From an uncultured Eubacteriales bacterium (GTDB lineage Bacteria > Bacillota > Clostridia > Oscillospirales > CAG-272): 64,000 bases of DNA. A program made the position numbers and the translations under genes. Below the pieces are notes generated by a model. It worked only from the letters and a program-made list of their open reading frames with translations, was not told the origin of the DNA and did no database searches. The stretch spans positions 39,790 through 103,789 of the forward strand of contig CASGAQ010000002.1 in assembly GCA_949299535.1 (NCBI GenBank). The letters run 5' to 3'. Below are positions 31,635 to 40,721 of this stretch, one piece after another; the stretch's first letter is position 1, and the number at the start of each line of letters is the position of its first letter.

Positions 31635-32914
31635 CAGTTTTTGCCCTCCATAAGAATTTTCATGGCTTTTGCGCCGATGTCGCGGCGGTAAAATGCGTTT
31701 TTGAAGCAGACTTTTTCCGCTCCTGCGTAAGCTTTTTTCAATGCTTCCTCAAGCGTTGCCGCAGTAGAGGAAACACCGAGAACTCTGCCGCCCGAGTTGA
31801 CAAGTTTTCCGTCTTTGAGCTGTGCGCCCGCAACGTATATCTCGGTATCGGAAAGATTTTCGGGGAGAGTGATCTCGTAACCTTTGTCGTAACTGCCGGG
31901 ATAACCCTCCGACGCTACGACAACACAAGCTGCCGCACCGTCGGAGAATTTAACATCGCTTTCGGAAAGCTCGCCTTTGGATGTTTTTATCATTATATCA
32001 AGAAGATCTGATTCCAAAAGCGGCAGAACGACCTGCGTTTCGGGATCGCCGAATCGGCAGTTGTATTCTATCACCTTGGGACCGTCTTTTGTTATCATAA
32101 GACCGAAGTACAGACAACCGCGGAACTCTCTGCCTTCTTCGTTCATTGCTTTTATCGTGGGAAGAAAGATCTCGTTCATGCAACGGTCTGCAATTTCTTT
32201 TGTATATACCGGATTGGGAGCTATTGTACCCATACCGCCTGTGTTTAGTCCTTTGTCGCCGTCGAGCGCGCGTTTGTGGTCCATGGAAGAAACCATGGGA
32301 ACGACTATTTTTCCGTCTGTGAAAGAGAGAACGGAAACTTCCGGTCCTTCCAAAAATTCTTCAATGACTATCTTTGAACCGCTTTCGCCGAACATTTTCT
32401 CTTCCATCATTGAGCGAACTGCGGCTTTAGCTTCATCTCTTGTCATTGCGATAACAACGCCTTTACCCAGAGCAAGACCGTCTGCTTTTATAACAGTGGG
32501 GATAGGAGCGTTGTCAAGATAAGCAAGTGCTGAGTTCATATCCTCAAAAACTTCGTAAGCCGCTGTCGGTATACCGTATTTCTTCATGAGATTTTTTGAG
32601 AAAATTTTGCTGCCTTCGATAATAGCCGCATTTTTTTTAGGACCGAAAGCGGGGATACCGATCGCTTCAAGCGCATCTACTGCGCCGAGCACGAGCGGAT
32701 CGTCCGGAGCAACGACAGCGAAATCTATATTGTTGTTTTTTGCAAAATCAACAATGGCATCTATATCTTTTGCACCGATATCAATGCATTCGGCGTCTGC
32801 GGCGATACCGCCGTTGCCGGGAAGCGCATATATCTTATCGACGTTTTTGCTTTTTCTCAGTTTTTTTATGATTGCGTGTTCGCGACCGCCGCCGCCTACA
32901 ACCATTATGTTCAT
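31634..32914 (-). CDS. purD: phosphoribosylamine--glycine ligase
   Basis: MNIMVVGGGGREHAI N-terminus, ATP-grasp pattern. Confidence 0.96.
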   Translation of the reverse strand: MNIMVVGGGGREHAIIKKLRKSKNVDKIYALPGNGGIAADAECIDIGAKDIDAIVDFAKNNNIDFAVVAPDDPLVLGAVDALEAIGIPAFGPKKNAAIIEGSKIFSKNLMKKYGIPTAAYEVFEDMNSALAYLDNAPIPTVIKADGLALGKGVVIAMTRDEAKAAVRSMMEEKMFGESGSKIVIEEFLEGPEVSVLSFTDGKIVVPMVSSMDHKRALDGDKGLNTGGMGTIAPNPVYTKEIADRCMNEIFLPTIKAMNEEGREFRGCLYFGLMITKDGPKVIEYNCRFGDPETQVVLPLLESDLLDIMIKTSKGELSESDVKFSDGAAACVVVASEGYPGSYDKGYEITLPENLSDTEIYVAGAQLKDGKLVNSGGRVLGVSSTAATLEEALKKAYAGAEKVCFKNAFYRRDIGAKAMKILMEGKN

Positions 32915-32989
32915 AAGTTTTTTATTCCTCCGAATATCAGATTGCTTCTCAAAATCTTTGCGCGACAGACGCCGCGCAAAGAAAGTAGA

Positions 32990-34174
32990 TCAATGGTGGA
33001 AAAGACGCATTCCGGTAAATGCCATTACCATGCCGTAATCGTCGCAGGCTTTGATAACTACGTCGTCACGGATAGAGCCGCCTGGTTCTGCTACATAGGA
33101 GACGCCGGATTTCTTCGCGCGGTCGATATTGTCGCTGAACGGGAAGAACGCGTCCGAACCTATGGAAACGCCGGAGATGGAATCAAGGTAAGCTCTTTTC
33201 TCTTCCTTGGTGAGCGGATCGGGTCTGCGGGAGAATACTGCCTGCCATTTGCCGTCTGCAAGTACGTCTTCATAGTCGTCGGAGATATAAACGTCTATGG
33301 CGTTATCTCTGTCAGGTCTGCCGACTGTATCGAGGAATGGAAGCTCCAGAACTTTGGGATGCTGACGCAGGTGCCAAATGTCGGCTTTGTTGCCTGCAAG
33401 TCTTGTGCAGTGTATTCTGGACTGCTGTCCGGCGCCGACACCGATAGCCTGACCGTCTACGGCATAGCAAACGGAGTTGGACTGGGTGTATTTGAGCGTG
33501 ATGAGTGAAATGATAAGGTCGCGTACAGCGCTTTCAGGCAGATTTTTATTTGCCGTCACAATGTTGGAAAGGAGAGTGCGGTCGATCTTAAATTCATTTC
33601 TGCCTTGTTCGAATGTAACGCCGTAAACCTGTTTCTGCTCTATGGGATCGGGAATGTAATCCTTGTCTATCTTTACGATATTGTAAGAGCCTTTGCGTTT
33701 GGAACGGAGTATCTCAAGAGCTTCGGGAGTGTATCCGGGCGCGATGATGCCGTCGGAAACTTCGCGTTTGATGAGATTGGCCGTCGTAACGTCGCAGATG
33801 TCGGAAAGAGCTATCCAATCTCCGAAAGAAGACATTCTGTCCGTACCTCTTGCTCTTGCGTAAGCGCAAGCCAAAGGAGAATCGTCAAGTCCTTCGATGT
33901 CATCTACAAAGCATGCTTTTTTGAGTTCTGCTGAGAGAGGTGTGGCTATGGAAGCCGATGTAGGGCTTACATGCTTGAAAGATGTTGCGGCGGGAACGCC
34001 GAGTGCTTCTTTTATCTCTTTTACGAGCTGCCAGCTGTTGAAAGTGTCAAGGAAGTTTATATAACCAGGTCTGCCGCCGAGAATTTCGATAGGCAGGTCT
34101 TTTCCGTTCGCCATAAATATTTTTGCGGGCTTTTGATTGGGGTTGCAACCGTATTTGAGTTCAAATTCGTTCAT
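32990..34174 (-). CDS. purH: AICAR formyltransferase (PurH transformylase domain only, no MGS-like IMP cyclohydrolase domain)
   Basis: 394 aa starting at ...LKYGCNPNQ, which matches the AICARFT domain. Confidence 0.9.
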   Translation of the reverse strand: MNEFELKYGCNPNQKPAKIFMANGKDLPIEILGGRPGYINFLDTFNSWQLVKEIKEALGVPAATSFKHVSPTSASIATPLSAELKKACFVDDIEGLDDSPLACAYARARGTDRMSSFGDWIALSDICDVTTANLIKREVSDGIIAPGYTPEALEILRSKRKGSYNIVKIDKDYIPDPIEQKQVYGVTFEQGRNEFKIDRTLLSNIVTANKNLPESAVRDLIISLITLKYTQSNSVCYAVDGQAIGVGAGQQSRIHCTRLAGNKADIWHLRQHPKVLELPFLDTVGRPDRDNAIDVYISDDYEDVLADGKWQAVFSRRPDPLTKEEKRAYLDSISGVSIGSDAFFPFSDNIDRAKKSGVSYVAEPGGSIRDDVVIKACDDYGMVMAFTGMRLFHH

Positions 34175-34188
34175 TGGTATGACTCCTT

Positions 34189-34908
34189 TTATACGTTTTT
34201 GTTGATGAGTCTGTTTTCCGTTGCTCCTGTTTCGATATCCGTGTATCTTACATAAAGAGATATCTTGTTGTCACCGTTGAGGTTGTTCCAAATAGTATTT
34301 GTAAAATCGTCGATATCGTCGGGAACAATAACTCTTTCGGGTTCTCCCTGGAATGTGGGAATGGGGTTGCCGTCGCAAACATATGTGTGTATGAAATGGC
34401 CTGCTCCGGGGAGAGGATTATAGGAGAAAGTGTATCTGTTGCAAACAGTACCGTTTGCGTCAGCGCTCTTGAGAATGCTCATTTTATATGTGAAGTCGCC
34501 TTCCATAAACGTGAGCATTGCGCTTATACGGGGAGTGAAGTTCGGAAAATCGGGTTCGAAAGCGCGTGTTTCGAGCGCTTCTTCAAAGGATTTACCGTTC
34601 TTTATATAATCATAGATAGTGTCTGTCTGATTGCCGTTTGTAACAATGAGTTTGTTCTTATATTTTCTTATCGGGGAATAAATAATAAGTGTAGGGTCTT
34701 CTACTTTGGAAGCATCGAAAGGATAAATTATTACTTCATCGCCTTTTTCTTCGAATATGCGGTTGCGGCTGTTGTCGCTTCTGCCCATTATGAAATAAGC
34801 AGTAACGGCTTTTTTGCCGTCCGGAGTTTTACCGCAGACAATGCCTCTGCCGACATATGAATTGTTTCTTATAAGTTCGCCAATGTCGTGATTTTTATAT
34901 ATGTTCAT
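34189..34908 (-). CDS. purO: IMP cyclohydrolase, PurO-like (archaeal type)
   Basis: 239 aa. SYVGRGIVCGKT...YFIMGRSDNSRNRIF is typical of the PurO family. Confidence 0.85.
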   Translation of the reverse strand: MNIYKNHDIGELIRNNSYVGRGIVCGKTPDGKKAVTAYFIMGRSDNSRNRIFEEKGDEVIIYPFDASKVEDPTLIIYSPIRKYKNKLIVTNGNQTDTIYDYIKNGKSFEEALETRAFEPDFPNFTPRISAMLTFMEGDFTYKMSILKSADANGTVCNRYTFSYNPLPGAGHFIHTYVCDGNPIPTFQGEPERVIVPDDIDDFTNTIWNNLNGDNKISLYVRYTDIETGATENRLINKNV

Positions 34909-35534
34909 TGGTTTGACCTCTTTTCATTCATTATTTGTGCTGAAACCAGTTCAGCGGCTGCGGGAAGTATCTTCCATTCCGCTTCCTGCATAACGCGTTT
35001 CTGAAGCGTTTGCGGTGTATCATCTTCTTGTATATCAACTGCTTTTTGCATGATTATCTTTCCGCCGTCCGTCACTTCATTTACAAAGTGTACGGTAGCG
35101 CCGGTGACTTTTACTCCGTATGCAAGAGCGGCTTCGTGAACATGAAGACCGTAGAAGCCGTCTCCGCAGAATGAAGGTATAAGCGAAGGATGAACGTTTA
35201 TCATACGATCCCTGTAGTGAGCGATGAAAGCCGGACTTAATATATACATAAATCCCGCAAGTATGATAAGCTCTATCTTTTTCTCGTCCAGAAAAGCTAT
35301 TAGCTGTTTTTCAAATTCCTCTTTGGTGGAATAGGAATGTCTGTCGGCAACAGCCGTTTCAATGCCGGCATTCTTAGCTCTTTCAAGTGCGTATGCTTTC
35401 GGAGAGGAGGAAACTACAAGCGAGATCGTTCCGCTTTTTATTATTCCTGCGTTCTGTGCATCGATTAGCGCTTGGAGATTTGTGCCGCCTCCGGAAACGA
35501 GAACGGCAATCCTTGTCTTTTCCGTATTCAGCAT
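34905..35534 (-). CDS. purN: phosphoribosylglycinamide formyltransferase
   Basis: [15 protein letters not shown] and NVHPSLIP motifs. Confidence 0.95.
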   Translation of the reverse strand: MLNTEKTRIAVLVSGGGTNLQALIDAQNAGIIKSGTISLVVSSSPKAYALERAKNAGIETAVADRHSYSTKEEFEKQLIAFLDEKKIELIILAGFMYILSPAFIAHYRDRMINVHPSLIPSFCGDGFYGLHVHEAALAYGVKVTGATVHFVNEVTDGGKIIMQKAVDIQEDDTPQTLQKRVMQEAEWKILPAAAELVSAQIMNEKRSNQ

Positions 35535-36568
35535 AAGATAACGCCCTCGTCGGATTTTACAGCTTCGCCGACGATATATGCATCGATGCCGTTTGCTTTG
35601 AGAATAGCAAGGGATTTGTCCGCATCTTCTTTTGCGACCGTAACGCTCATGCCGACGCCCATGTTGAAAGTGTTGAACATATCACGTTCGGGAATGTTGC
35701 CGGTTTTTGCTATAAGATCAAAGATAGGAAGAATTTTGACTGCGCTCTTTTCTATCTTTGCGGAGAAGCCTTCGGGAAGGCTGCGCGGAATATTTTCATA
35801 GAAACCGCCGCCTGTGATATGAGAAACCGCTTTAACTTTTACTTCTTTGAAAAGAGCCGTCATTGGCTTAACGTATATTTTTGTAGGGGTGAGAAGTGTT
35901 TCGCCAACGGATTTGCCGCCGAGTTCGGCAACGGGAGTTTTGATATCGTTCTTTTCTACGTCGAAAACTTTGCGAACAAGAGAGAAGCCGTTGGAATGAA
36001 CTCCGCTTGAAGGAAGCGCGATGATAACGTCGCCCGCTTTTACTGTCTTGTTGTCGAGAATATTTTTTCTGTCTACTATACCGACCGCAAAACCTGCAAG
36101 GTCATACTCGTCTTCGGGGTAAAATCCGGGCATTTCAGCCGTTTCTCCGCCGATGAGAGCGGCGCCGGACTGTACACAGCCTTCGGAAACGCCGGCAACT
36201 ATCTGTTCGATTCTTTCAGGAACATTTTTGCCGCATGCAATATAGTCGAGGAAGAAGAGGGGAGAAGCGCCGCAGCAGATAACGTCGTTTACGCACATTG
36301 CAACGCAGTCGATACCTACAGTGTCATGCTTGTCCATAAGGAACGCCATTTTAAGTTTTGTTCCGACGCCGTCAGTACCGGAAACAAGTACCGGTTCTTC
36401 CATGCCGACAAGGTTGGGAAGGAAAAGTCCTCCGAAACCGCCGACTTCTCCCATTGCTCCGGGAGTGAGCGTTCTTGCAATGTGTTTTTTCATAAGTTCA
36501 ACAGCACGGTAGCCGGCTGTTATATCGACGCCGGCTGCTGCGTAGCTGTCGGATTTAGAATTTTTCAT
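35528..36568 (-). CDS. purM: phosphoribosylformylglycinamidine cyclo-ligase (AIR synthetase)
   Basis: YAAAGVDI and GTDGVGTKL motifs. Confidence 0.96.
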   Translation of the reverse strand: MKNSKSDSYAAAGVDITAGYRAVELMKKHIARTLTPGAMGEVGGFGGLFLPNLVGMEEPVLVSGTDGVGTKLKMAFLMDKHDTVGIDCVAMCVNDVICCGASPLFFLDYIACGKNVPERIEQIVAGVSEGCVQSGAALIGGETAEMPGFYPEDEYDLAGFAVGIVDRKNILDNKTVKAGDVIIALPSSGVHSNGFSLVRKVFDVEKNDIKTPVAELGGKSVGETLLTPTKIYVKPMTALFKEVKVKAVSHITGGGFYENIPRSLPEGFSAKIEKSAVKILPIFDLIAKTGNIPERDMFNTFNMGVGMSVTVAKEDADKSLAILKANGIDAYIVGEAVKSDEGVILC

Positions 36569-36636
36569 GTTCGTTTATTCCTTTCAATATTTTTTGCAAT
36601 GGAGTTTATTGCGGTCTTTTTATCGTTCTTGCTGTA

Positions 36637-37350
36637 TTAGCCGAAAACGCGCTTCATCATTTCAGCATAAGCGCCTTCTACGTTGCCAAGATCTCTGCGG
36701 AAACGGTCTTTATCGAGTTTTTCGTGTGTTTTGCTGTCCCAGAAACGGCATGTGTCGGGAGAGATCTCGTCTGCAAGGATGATTTTGCCGTCAGGTGTTT
36801 TACCAAATTCGATCTTGAAGTCTACAAGGTCTACGCCGATACCTTTGAAGTAGTTTTTGAGGTATTCGTTTATGCGGAAAGTGTAGTCCGTGATGATATC
36901 AAGGTCTTCGCGTGTTGCCCAGCCGCAAGCGATGATATGATAATCGTTTACCATAGGATCGTGAAGGTTGTCGTCTTTGTAGCAGAACTCAAGCGTGGGG
37001 CAGAGAAGAACAGTGCCTTCTTCAACGCCGAATCTCTTTGAGAATGAACCTGCCGCGATGTTGCGGACGATAACTTCAAGCGGAACGATGGAAACTTTTT
37101 TTACCACTGCTTCGCGGTCGTTGATCTCTTCAACGAAGTGCGTGGGAATACCGGCTTCTTCTTCAAGTTTTTTCATAAGATAGTTAGACATTCTGTTGTT
37201 TACGACGCCTTTGCCGGATATGCTGCCTTTTTTGAGTCCGTCGAACGCCGTTGCATCGTCTTTATAAGAAACTATGCACAAAGCGGGATCGTCTGTTGCA
37301 AACACTTTCTTTGCTTTTCCTTCATAAAGCTGTTCTGTTTTTACTGCCAT
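36637..37350 (-). CDS. purC: SAICAR synthase
   Basis: LYEGKAKKVF N-terminus, PLEVIVRN and ADEISPDTCRFWD motifs. Confidence 0.96.
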   Translation of the reverse strand: MAVKTEQLYEGKAKKVFATDDPALCIVSYKDDATAFDGLKKGSISGKGVVNNRMSNYLMKKLEEEAGIPTHFVEEINDREAVVKKVSIVPLEVIVRNIAAGSFSKRFGVEEGTVLLCPTLEFCYKDDNLHDPMVNDYHIIACGWATREDLDIITDYTFRINEYLKNYFKGIGVDLVDFKIEFGKTPDGKIILADEISPDTCRFWDSKTHEKLDKDRFRRDLGNVEGAYAEMMKRVFG

Positions 37351-37412
37351 GATATTTATCCTCCCGAAATTTAAATGAGTTTTATTTGTGTTTTATATTT
37401 GTCTGAAAATTT

Positions 37413-37907
37413 TTATTTAGCGTATTTTTCCGCTATCTCTTTGTCTTTGGCAAGTACGTCGTCTGCCGCTTTTTTTCTTGCCTGTGCGAGTTTTGCGGCG
37501 AGTTCCGCGTCTTCTACGGCAATGATCTGTGCGGCGAGAAGAGCGGCGTTTGCCGCGCCGTCTATTGCAACGGTGGCGACGGGAATGCCGGCAGGCATCT
37601 GAACTGTGGATAAGAGAGCGTCAAGTCCGTCGAGTGTGGAAGATTTTACGGGTATGCCGATTACAGGCAGAGTTGTATTTGCGGCTATGGCGCCTGCAAG
37701 ATGAGCTGCTTTTCCGGCAGCGGCGATGATTACGCCAAACCCGTTTTGACGCGCATTTTCGGAAAACGCTTTGGCTTCGACAGGCGTTCTGTGTGCGGAA
37801 TACACATGCACCTCGTAAGGCACGCCGTACGCGCCGAGTGTTTCGATTGCTTTTTCTACTACGGGAAGGTCTGATGCGCTTCCCATGACTATTGCGACTT
37901 TTTTCAT
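37413..37907 (-). CDS. purE: 5-(carboxyamino)imidazole ribonucleotide mutase
   Basis: MKKVAIVMGSASD and SAHRTP motifs. RBS aggagg before the ATG at 37907. The ORF-track start at 37982 is rejected. Confidence 0.95.
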   Translation of the reverse strand: MKKVAIVMGSASDLPVVEKAIETLGAYGVPYEVHVYSAHRTPVEAKAFSENARQNGFGVIIAAAGKAAHLAGAIAANTTLPVIGIPVKSSTLDGLDALLSTVQMPAGIPVATVAIDGAANAALLAAQIIAVEDAELAAKLAQARKKAADDVLAKDKEIAEKYAK

Positions 37908-37924
37908 ATAACCTCCTGTGAAAA

Positions 37925-37969
37925 TAAAAAAGGGCAGGTCTATCCCTTCATTAGGTAATAGAACTGCCC
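37925..37969 (-). terminator. terminator stem of the ZTP riboswitch expression platform
   Basis: Minus strand gggcag(ttc)...(gac)ctgccc followed by ttttttatttt. The 5' arm overlaps the CTGGGCA pseudoknot segment. Confidence 0.7.
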
Positions 37970-38040
37970 AGACGGTCGGCAAAATATATTCCCGAAAGCT
38001 TCCATGCGGTGCTCCGCTGTTCCGTCAGTTGCAGTCAGGT
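37964..38040 (-). promoter_or_regulatory. ZTP riboswitch (pfl motif)
   Basis: The minus strand reads ctGACGGaacagcggagcaccgcatggaagc, a linker, then gaCCGTCTGGGCAg. GACGG and CCGTC can form the pfl pseudoknot. The 3' CCGNCUGGGCA-type core is present, and the element sits upstream of the purine/fhs operon. Confidence 0.75.
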
Positions 38041-38069
38041 ATTCTTACAATTAATATTTTACTAAATAT

Positions 38070-38098
38070 ATAATATCACGCCGCGCTATTAAAGTCAA
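38070..38098 (-). promoter_or_regulatory. sigma-A type promoter of the pur operon
   Basis: Minus strand: TTGACT, 17 nt, TATTAT. Confidence 0.65.
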
Positions 38099-38263
38099 GA
38101 TATTTAGCTTTCGAGGTCATGCTTTTTTTGCAATGGTTCATTGTAAAATGAAATAATATAAATAGAAAGAGCCAAAGCAGAATGTGGTATAATTGAAGAA
38201 ATCACCCAACAAAAAACCACGGGGGATTGCTATGACTCAAGAACATTATATCACAGATAACGC

Positions 38264-38299
38264 AAGGTAGCGGTACAGCTTTCGCTGTACCGCTACCTT
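38264..38299. terminator. perfect 16-bp hairpin, likely terminator of the GT8-DedA gene and of a small plus-strand transcript
   Basis: aaggtagcggtacagc-tttc-gctgtaccgctacctt. No clear U-tract on either strand. Confidence 0.5.
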
Positions 38300-38359
38300 A
38301 CTAAATACTTCGTTATCGCATCTCGGCTAAAGACGGTTTCCTTGTTTTTTTGTTCGATA

Positions 38360-39934
38360 TTATTGCTCTACTTCATGTAACTTGTTATACGGCTTTTTTG
38401 AAAAATATTTTTTGTATATCAGCAATCCCGCCAAAGTGATTGCTATCGTTACGGCAAAAATAATTCCGGAGATAAAGAACTGCTTGTTTGCGAGTGTCGC
38501 TCCGCAAAATGTGGAGGAAAATATTGAAGGTATGCGCGCTATGCTTGTTATTATGAGAAACGGAACGGTTTTTATCTGCATAAGACCTGCTACATAGGTA
38601 AGGCCGTCCTTGGGAGTGCCGGGTATAAGATATATGATGAAAATTAAAGGATAAGCTTTATTTCCGTTCTGAAAGAATTTTTGGATCTTTGTATTTTTTG
38701 AGTTCAGAAATATATATGCGAATTTTTTTCCGAAGCGTTTTGTAAGTGAGAGTATTGCTATACTTCCCAAAATATTTCCCAAAAGGCAGTATATTACGCC
38801 TAAAACAGCGCCGTAAGCGTATCCGGAAACGATCTCGACGGCTCCCGATGGGATAAATTTGACGATAGTCTGCGCGGCTCTCAGGATTATAAAAACAATT
38901 TCATCGAAAATGCCGAATCCCGCAAGCCAAGAGCGAAATTTCTCAGGATCGGATACCAGCTCGATCATCTCGTTTCCGAAAATAAGATAAGATATGAGGC
39001 AGAAAATTATAACGCTCAAAGTACCGAGGAGCAGAATGTTCTGTTGTTTGTTGCACCGTATAATATTGAAAATAGCCTTTGCCTGAGCTTTTTTCTTGCC
39101 TTTTGGAGCAGGACCCTTTTCCTCTTGTTCGGGATAAAATTTATTGAGATATCCTTTATATCCGTTTAGCCATGGTTTGTATTTTCCGTCATAGTGGATT
39201 ATAGCCGTGTTATTTTTTATTGTTTGGTCATCTAATTCTTTACTGCGGCGCTTATATGTGCGTTCGTCCAGATTGTAGATACATTCGTCTATAAGAACTG
39301 TTTTTTCGCCGAAAAGAATGTTTATGAGGTCTTGATCTCCCATAAGTAGCTTCTGAATGTTTTTATTCAAGCTTTCAAGTATCGTTTCAATAGAAAAGTC
39401 TCGGCGTATGGCGGAAATATTCATAAGCATTATGCCTGAATTTATATACCTTTCAGGCTCGTCTATGCCGAGTCTTGCTTTGTTTATGATGTTTACAAAT
39501 CCGCGCATATGGCTTGCCGCCGCGATATAATTGTCTCCGATATCCATATTGTAGAGAGGGAGCAACGACTTTTGTATAAGTATATCCGGATCAAGATAAA
39601 GACATTTATTTGTTGTTGACGGCAAATAATGAAACGCCATAAGTCTGAAAAAAGATTCTTGCGGCAGCCGCTCCAAAACAGGAGTGCCTGCAAACCATTT
39701 TTCAGTTATGAGTATGGGAGAGAGCTCGATGTCATAATGTATTATCGTTTTTTTGAGAAAGTCTATATCGTTATCATCCAGTTCCGAATGTGCGATGTAT
39801 ACGGTCGTAGGAACGTTTTTGTGGCATTGTCCGTAAGAAACAAGCATTGTGGCAAGAGGTTTTAAATATCTTTTGTCTATTGTTACAAGTATTTCAATGC
39901 GAGAATCTTCTGTTAAGTTTGCATTGTTTTCCAT
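38360..39934 (-). CDS. fusion protein: N-terminal GT8 glycosyltransferase plus C-terminal TVP38/TMEM64 (DedA-superfamily, VTT) membrane domain
   Basis: 524 aa. GT8 features: ILVTIDKRYL, YLDPDIL (DxD) and NSGIMLMN. After a KKAQAK linker come ~6 TM helices with FIPSGAVEIVSGYAYG and YLIPGTPKDGLTYVAG, matching VTT-domain motifs. Confidence 0.75.
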   Translation of the reverse strand: MENNANLTEDSRIEILVTIDKRYLKPLATMLVSYGQCHKNVPTTVYIAHSELDDNDIDFLKKTIIHYDIELSPILITEKWFAGTPVLERLPQESFFRLMAFHYLPSTTNKCLYLDPDILIQKSLLPLYNMDIGDNYIAAASHMRGFVNIINKARLGIDEPERYINSGIMLMNISAIRRDFSIETILESLNKNIQKLLMGDQDLINILFGEKTVLIDECIYNLDERTYKRRSKELDDQTIKNNTAIIHYDGKYKPWLNGYKGYLNKFYPEQEEKGPAPKGKKKAQAKAIFNIIRCNKQQNILLLGTLSVIIFCLISYLIFGNEMIELVSDPEKFRSWLAGFGIFDEIVFIILRAAQTIVKFIPSGAVEIVSGYAYGAVLGVIYCLLGNILGSIAILSLTKRFGKKFAYIFLNSKNTKIQKFFQNGNKAYPLIFIIYLIPGTPKDGLTYVAGLMQIKTVPFLIITSIARIPSIFSSTFCGATLANKQFFISGIIFAVTIAITLAGLLIYKKYFSKKPYNKLHEVEQ

Positions 39935-40133
39935 ATAATGCCTTCTTTTGTAAAATAGTTGTATATAAATATTATACCAAATATCTATTATTATATCAAT
40001 ATTTATGATATAAGCAATGAAAAAATTATTAATAAATCTTATTTATTTTTTAAAGTTTGAATCAAAATCATTCACGCCGTTTTTGTTTTTCGAATATAAT
40101 GGCGAGAAGTATAATAAAGAAAGAGGCGACTGT

Positions 40134-40628
40134 ATGAATAAAGTTTATCCCGATTTTTTTGCTCTTCTCAGGCGGCGGCCTTCGGCATATTCATATTTGC
40201 ACGGAAGCGCACGCTGGCCGGATATAAACGGGACGGTGCGATTTTATGAAACGAAGTACGGCGTAGTAGTCGCGGCACAGATAACGGGACTTCCATCGTC
40301 AAATGAGCCGTGTAAAAGTCCTATATTTGGATTCCATATCCATGAGGGAGGTGCTTGTTCAGGTACGGAGGAGGCTCCTTTTTCTGCGGCAATGGGACAT
40401 TATAATCCTCACTCGTGTCCGCATCCGTATCATGCAGGCGATATGCCTCCGATATTCGGTGCAGAGGGTAGGGCGTTTCTCGCTTTTTTGAGCAGCAGAT
40501 TTTCCGTAAAAGAGATAGTGGGCAAAACCGTCATTATCCATGCGGGACCTGATGATTTCAAAACACAACCCTCCGGAAACGCGGGAAGCATGATAGCCTG
40601 CGGCGTGATAAAAGCGTCGGGTTTCTGA
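40134..40628 (+). CDS. Cu/Zn superoxide dismutase-like protein without signal peptide
   Basis: 164 aa. FHIHEGG, GHYNPH and HAGDMPP copper/zinc ligand contexts. RBS agagg before the ATG at 40134. Confidence 0.8.
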   Translation: MNKVYPDFFALLRRRPSAYSYLHGSARWPDINGTVRFYETKYGVVVAAQITGLPSSNEPCKSPIFGFHIHEGGACSGTEEAPFSAAMGHYNPHSCPHPYHAGDMPPIFGAEGRAFLAFLSSRFSVKEIVGKTVIIHAGPDDFKTQPSGNAGSMIACGVIKASGF

Positions 40629-40635
40629 AAAACAA

Positions 40636-40671
40636 AAAAAATCAAGCCTTTGTCGTAAGGCTTGATTTTTT
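40636..40671. terminator. bidirectional terminator
   Basis: aaaaatcaagcctt/aaggcttgattttt stem with a 6-nt loop. Confidence 0.8.
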
Positions 40672-40721
40672 ATGATGATATAAACGGATTCGGGGCAAAA
40701 TACCATGTCGATAATATCTGT

